35,102 nucleotides of DNA from assembly GCA_038078515.1 (NCBI GenBank), contig JBBTYX010000007.1, positions 1 to 35,102 of the forward strand. The letters are read 5' to 3'. Of the stretch, positions 32,077 through 35,102 are shown in pieces; position 1 is the stretch's first letter; each line of letters begins with the position of its first letter. The position numbers were made by a program, and so were the translations under genes. Under the pieces are notes generated by a model, which searched no databases, had not been told where the DNA came from, and was given only the letters and a program-made list of their open reading frames with translations. This DNA is from Patescibacteria group bacterium (GTDB taxonomy: Bacteria > Patescibacteriota > Minisyncoccia > 2-01-FULL-47-10 > JBBTYX01).

Positions 32077-33418
32077 TTATTCTTTTAAGAGTCATTTCTT
32101 TACCAAGCGCCCAAGATATTTCAAACGGACTAGCTGAAAACTTTTTACCAGATAAAGAAACTCTTAATGGCCATAGTAATTCTCCCCTATTATTTATTTT
32201 ACCAGTTTTATCCATTAATATATTTTTAATATTTTCTAAATTCCAATCTTTTTCTGAAATACCATTTAAAATATTATATGAATTTTCTAAGCTTTTTTTT
32301 AAATCATTTTTACTCATTTTTCCCCAAATTAACAATTCTTTTTCATATTCTAATTTATCTTTAAAATAATAATCAGATAATTCCCAAAAATCGCTTAATT
32401 TATTCATCCTTCCGCGTTCAATTTCAACAATGTTTTGAAAATTTATGTTTTTTCCAATTTGTTTATTGATAGTTATTTGTGATTTTAATAACTCGCATAA
32501 ATCTTTTATCCGCATTTTACTTATATATTGCCTATTTATATCATTTAATTTCTGTAAATTAAATATAGCTCCCCCTTTTTTAACTCGTTCTAAAGAAAAT
32601 TCTTTTATTAAATCTTCCAAACTAAAAATTTCTTTCTCGTCTTTTGGATGCCAGCCTAATAAAGCTAAAAAATTTATTAAAGCTTCTCTTAAATAACCTT
32701 GTTCTTTATAATCCCCTATTGCAACAGCGTTTTTTCTTTTAGAAAGTTTAGATTTATCAGTATCTAAAATCAAAGGAATATGTGCAAACTCAGGTTTTTC
32801 AAAACTAAGCGCATCATATAATAAAATTTGTTTCGGGGTATTTGAAATGCCGTCCTCTCCCCTTATAATATGCGTTATTTTCATTTCATAATCATCAACA
32901 ACAACAGCAAAATTATATAAAGGCGAATCTAAATTTTTAGCTATGCTAAAATCTCCAATATCATTGGTATTAAACTTCACATTATTGCGAATTATATCTT
33001 TAAATATAATTTCTTTATTTTTCGGCATATTAAATCTAATTATACAGTTATTCTTTGTTTGTTGTTTATTATTCATTGTTTTTTTGTGTTTTTGACAAAA
33101 AAACGGTTTTCCTTTTTCTGGCGCGCAATCACACCAAAAAGCCTTACCTTCATCTAATATTTGTTTTAAATACTTTTTATAAATTTCACGTCTTTTACTT
33201 TGCTTATAAAATTCATCCCATTTTAAACCAAGCCATTCCAAATTTTCTATAATATCGCGTTCAAATTCTGGCTTAGAACGTTCTTTGTCAGTATCTTCAA
33301 TGCGCAAAACAAAACTGCCGCTATTTTTTTTAGCGAATAAATAATTAAATAGTGCTGTGCGAGCTGATCCAATATGTAAGGCGCCTGTTGGCGCAGGCGC
33401 TATGCGCGTCTTAACCAT
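32054..33418 (-). CDS. gltX: Glutamate--tRNA ligase
   Basis: RIAPAPTGALHIGSARTALFNY (HIGH) is followed by LRIEDTD, a CxC...C..H zinc-motif region and KLSKRK (KMSKS). Confidence 0.9.
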   Translation of the reverse strand: MVKTRIAPAPTGALHIGSARTALFNYLFAKKNSGSFVLRIEDTDKERSKPEFERDIIENLEWLGLKWDEFYKQSKRREIYKKYLKQILDEGKAFWCDCAPEKGKPFFCQKHKKTMNNKQQTKNNCIIRFNMPKNKEIIFKDIIRNNVKFNTNDIGDFSIAKNLDSPLYNFAVVVDDYEMKITHIIRGEDGISNTPKQILLYDALSFEKPEFAHIPLILDTDKSKLSKRKNAVAIGDYKEQGYLREALINFLALLGWHPKDEKEIFSLEDLIKEFSLERVKKGGAIFNLQKLNDINRQYISKMRIKDLCELLKSQITINKQIGKNINFQNIVEIERGRMNKLSDFWELSDYYFKDKLEYEKELLIWGKMSKNDLKKSLENSYNILNGISEKDWNLENIKNILMDKTGKINNRGELLWPLRVSLSGKKFSASPFEISWALGKEMTLKRINEAIDKV

Positions 33419-34511
33419 AATTATTTAAATCTAATAAAATTTTAGCTAAATTATAAGCGGCTTCTGGTTTAGCAAAAGCCTTAGCAGCTTCGCTCATTTC
33501 CCTATATAATTCTTTATTATCAAAAATATTATTTATCTGATCAAGTAAAATACTTGGTTTTAAATTTTCTTGTTCTATAACTGTGCATGCTTTTGAACGA
33601 GCGTAATAAAAAGCGTTTTTACGCTGATGATCTGAAGCGCTTTCTGGCAAAGGAATTAAAATACTTGGCAAGCCATTTGCCGCAATTTCAAAAATACCAG
33701 CTCCAGCGCGCGCCACAATTAAATCAGATTGCGCGTAAATATATGTTACTTCCTTTTCATTGAAAAAAGATCTTGCTTTATAATTCTTTTCTTTAGAAAC
33801 ATCAATATTATATAAATCTTTTAGATCTTTAACTAATTTTTGATAATTATTTTCGCCAACACTATGATAGACTATGTATTTTTTCAACATATCGCGCAGG
33901 CTCTCAATTACAACTTTATTTAAAGCTTCCGCGCCTTGTGATCCGCCTTTAAAAAATATTACTTTTTCTTTTTTATCTTCCTTATTGCCATTAAGCAAAC
34001 TTAGCCTAATAGGATTGCCGATTACGCTAACCTTATTCTTATTAAAATAAGTTCCTGCTTCTGGAAAAGAAACAGTAACAAAATTAGCAAATTTCCCTAA
34101 AATACGGTTAGTTAAACCTGGGATACTATCAGAATCATGGATTATTAAGCGAGCGCCGTAAAGCCGCCCTACTAATCCCACTGACAAACTTCCAGGACCT
34201 CCTTTAGATAAAATTACATCTGGCATTATAAACCAAAGCGCAATAAAAGATTCTATTAAATCAAATAAAAATTTAAATAGCTCAAACGGGCTTTTAATAG
34301 AAAAATATCGCGTAAGCTTTCCGCCCAATACAGGAATACTTTTAACCTCTTCAGCTTTAAAATCTTCTTTGCCAAAAGAAGTTTTTCCCATAAAATATAG
34401 TTTTACTTTAATGTTTTGCTCGTTTGCTATTTTCTTAAGCTCGCGAACAGTTGCTATAATAGGGTAAATGTGTCCCCCGCTTCCCCCTGCTGTAAATAAA
34501 ATTTTAATCAT
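33411..34511 (-). CDS. murG: Lipid II-forming UDP-GlcNAc transferase MurG
   Basis: ILFTAGGSGGHIYPIIA (G-loop 1), then GGSQGA, and a C-terminal ARAGAGIFEIAANGLPSILIP..... DHQ..NA. Confidence 0.9.
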   Translation of the reverse strand: MIKILFTAGGSGGHIYPIIATVRELKKIANEQNIKVKLYFMGKTSFGKEDFKAEEVKSIPVLGGKLTRYFSIKSPFELFKFLFDLIESFIALWFIMPDVILSKGGPGSLSVGLVGRLYGARLIIHDSDSIPGLTNRILGKFANFVTVSFPEAGTYFNKNKVSVIGNPIRLSLLNGNKEDKKEKVIFFKGGSQGAEALNKVVIESLRDMLKKYIVYHSVGENNYQKLVKDLKDLYNIDVSKEKNYKARSFFNEKEVTYIYAQSDLIVARAGAGIFEIAANGLPSILIPLPESASDHQRKNAFYYARSKACTVIEQENLKPSILLDQINNIFDNKELYREMSEAAKAFAKPEAAYNLAKILLDLNNYG

Positions 34512-34565
34512 TTTTTATGTGTTAGATTTTAGCTTCATTAGCTTTTAGCTTTGTTAGCTTAATTA

Positions 34566-34592
34566 GAAAAAAATCGGATTTACGAAATCTGA
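34566..34592 (-). terminator. Rho-independent terminator downstream of the partial Cys-rich paralogue
   Basis: The hairpin TCAGATTT-CGT-AAATCCGA (minus strand, one G-U pair) is followed by T8 on the minus strand (A-run at 34566-34573 on plus). Confidence 0.5.
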
Positions 34593-34626
34593 AATTAAAA
34601 ACCTAATAAAGCTAATAAAGCTAAAT

Positions 34627-35102
34627 TTATCCCATATGCGAAATTATCTTAGGCATTAACTCGTCATATTCCTCTTTTGAATATTGTTTATTTAAAATAC
34701 AATAAGACTTATTAAAAAGATTTACACAAGCTATACTATTAGAAATATTTCTACAATTAAGTAAAAATATAGAATTTATGCAATTTTCCGCATACCGAGA
34801 AAAAAATACTTTATTACATAAGTTTGTGTCAATAACCTCATAACACAACTCACAATCAGCAATAAAAGCGCTATCTAAAGAGTCTCTTGATTTATCTGAG
34901 CGATATGTATAAGCAAGATTTTCACATTTAAGAATACTAACATTTAAATAACAATCTCTGCTATCCTTGGTAAAGTTATTATAATAACTATTTACATTAT
35001 TTATACTTATTATATTTGGTAAAGGTATTTTTCTCCATAATTCGTTAATTTGTTCAAAAAAAGTTTTATTCCAGTCTACATCTTGGCTATATTTCATAGG
35101 GT
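34627..35102 (-). CDS. Paralogue of the central repeat region of the 22680-24356 Cys-rich protein. It is open at the window edge, so the 5' end may lie outside.
   Basis: FFEQINELWRKIP resembles FFEQLNDLIKKVP, and LLNCRNISNSIACVNLFNKSYCILNKQYSKEEYDEL resembles the corresponding blocks of the larger protein. The DNA differs at synonymous positions, so the conservation is at protein level. No stop lies between 35097 and the window end. It ends about 170 aa earlier than the larger paralogue and lacks the C-terminal zinc ribbon. Confidence 0.55.
   Translation of the reverse strand, partial: PMKYSQDVDWNKTFFEQINELWRKIPLPNIISINNVNSYYNNFTKDSRDCYLNVSILKCENLAYTYRSDKSRDSLDSAFIADCELCYEVIDTNLCNKVFFSRYAENCINSIFLLNCRNISNSIACVNLFNKSYCILNKQYSKEEYDELMPKIISHMG

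Noticed and set aside
1-35102. The organism might use an alternative genetic code (UGA as Gly or Trp, as in some candidate phyla and Mollicutes).
   Set aside because: mreB (stop at 2339-2341) and tagA (stop at 19035-19037) end at TGA exactly where full-length homologues end. All conserved genes are intact under the standard code.

Overview
This is an AT-rich, gene-dense 35.1-kb segment that reads as core chromosome of a small-genome, probably uncultivated bacterium. I infer a Patescibacteria/CPR-like organism from three things: shortened versions of housekeeping proteins, almost no Shine-Dalgarno sequences, and a peptidoglycan/divisome gene set with little metabolism. The standard genetic code applies, since TGA terminates full-length mreB and tagA.

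I can support about 36 CDS:
- Translation: proS, lysS, gltX, rplI, rpmA, def, fmt, tgt, tsaC, engB, yqeY.
- Envelope: mreB, PBP2, murC, murG, a TagA-like enzyme, GT4, GT2, M23 and S41 peptidases, and an FtsQ-like protein.
- Replication and transcription: dnaX, priA, greA.
- Other: Ni-superoxide dismutase, an orphan TraD/VirD4-like ATPase, a PD-(D/E)XK nuclease, and several hypotheticals.

There is also one tRNA-Gln(UUG). I see no rRNA, CRISPR array, transposase or phage genes.

The window is mostly ordinary housekeeping DNA, but several signals are not explained by the gene list:
1. A perfectly conserved 21-bp palindrome, ATCGGTAAC-TCG-GTTACCGAT, is present in seven copies. Four lie in frame inside tgt, fmt and priA (twice); the others are intergenic hairpins.
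2. priA is intact as an ORF but has lost every ATPase/helicase signature. The palindrome pair sits where the P-loop should be.
3. A GC-rich, two-hairpin candidate small RNA at about 14228-14398 has apical loops resembling the 16S anti-Shine-Dalgarno tail.
4. A large Cys-rich protein bracketed by duplicated zinc-ribbon modules has a paralogue at the window edge.
5. NiSOD carries an N-terminal pro-peptide but has no SodX-type peptidase beside it.
6. Canonical promoters sit directly on start codons, implying leaderless mRNAs.
7. Gene-specific tandem 7-9-nt words fill many 5' spacers.

All homology calls come from motif recognition by eye. No database search or computation was run.
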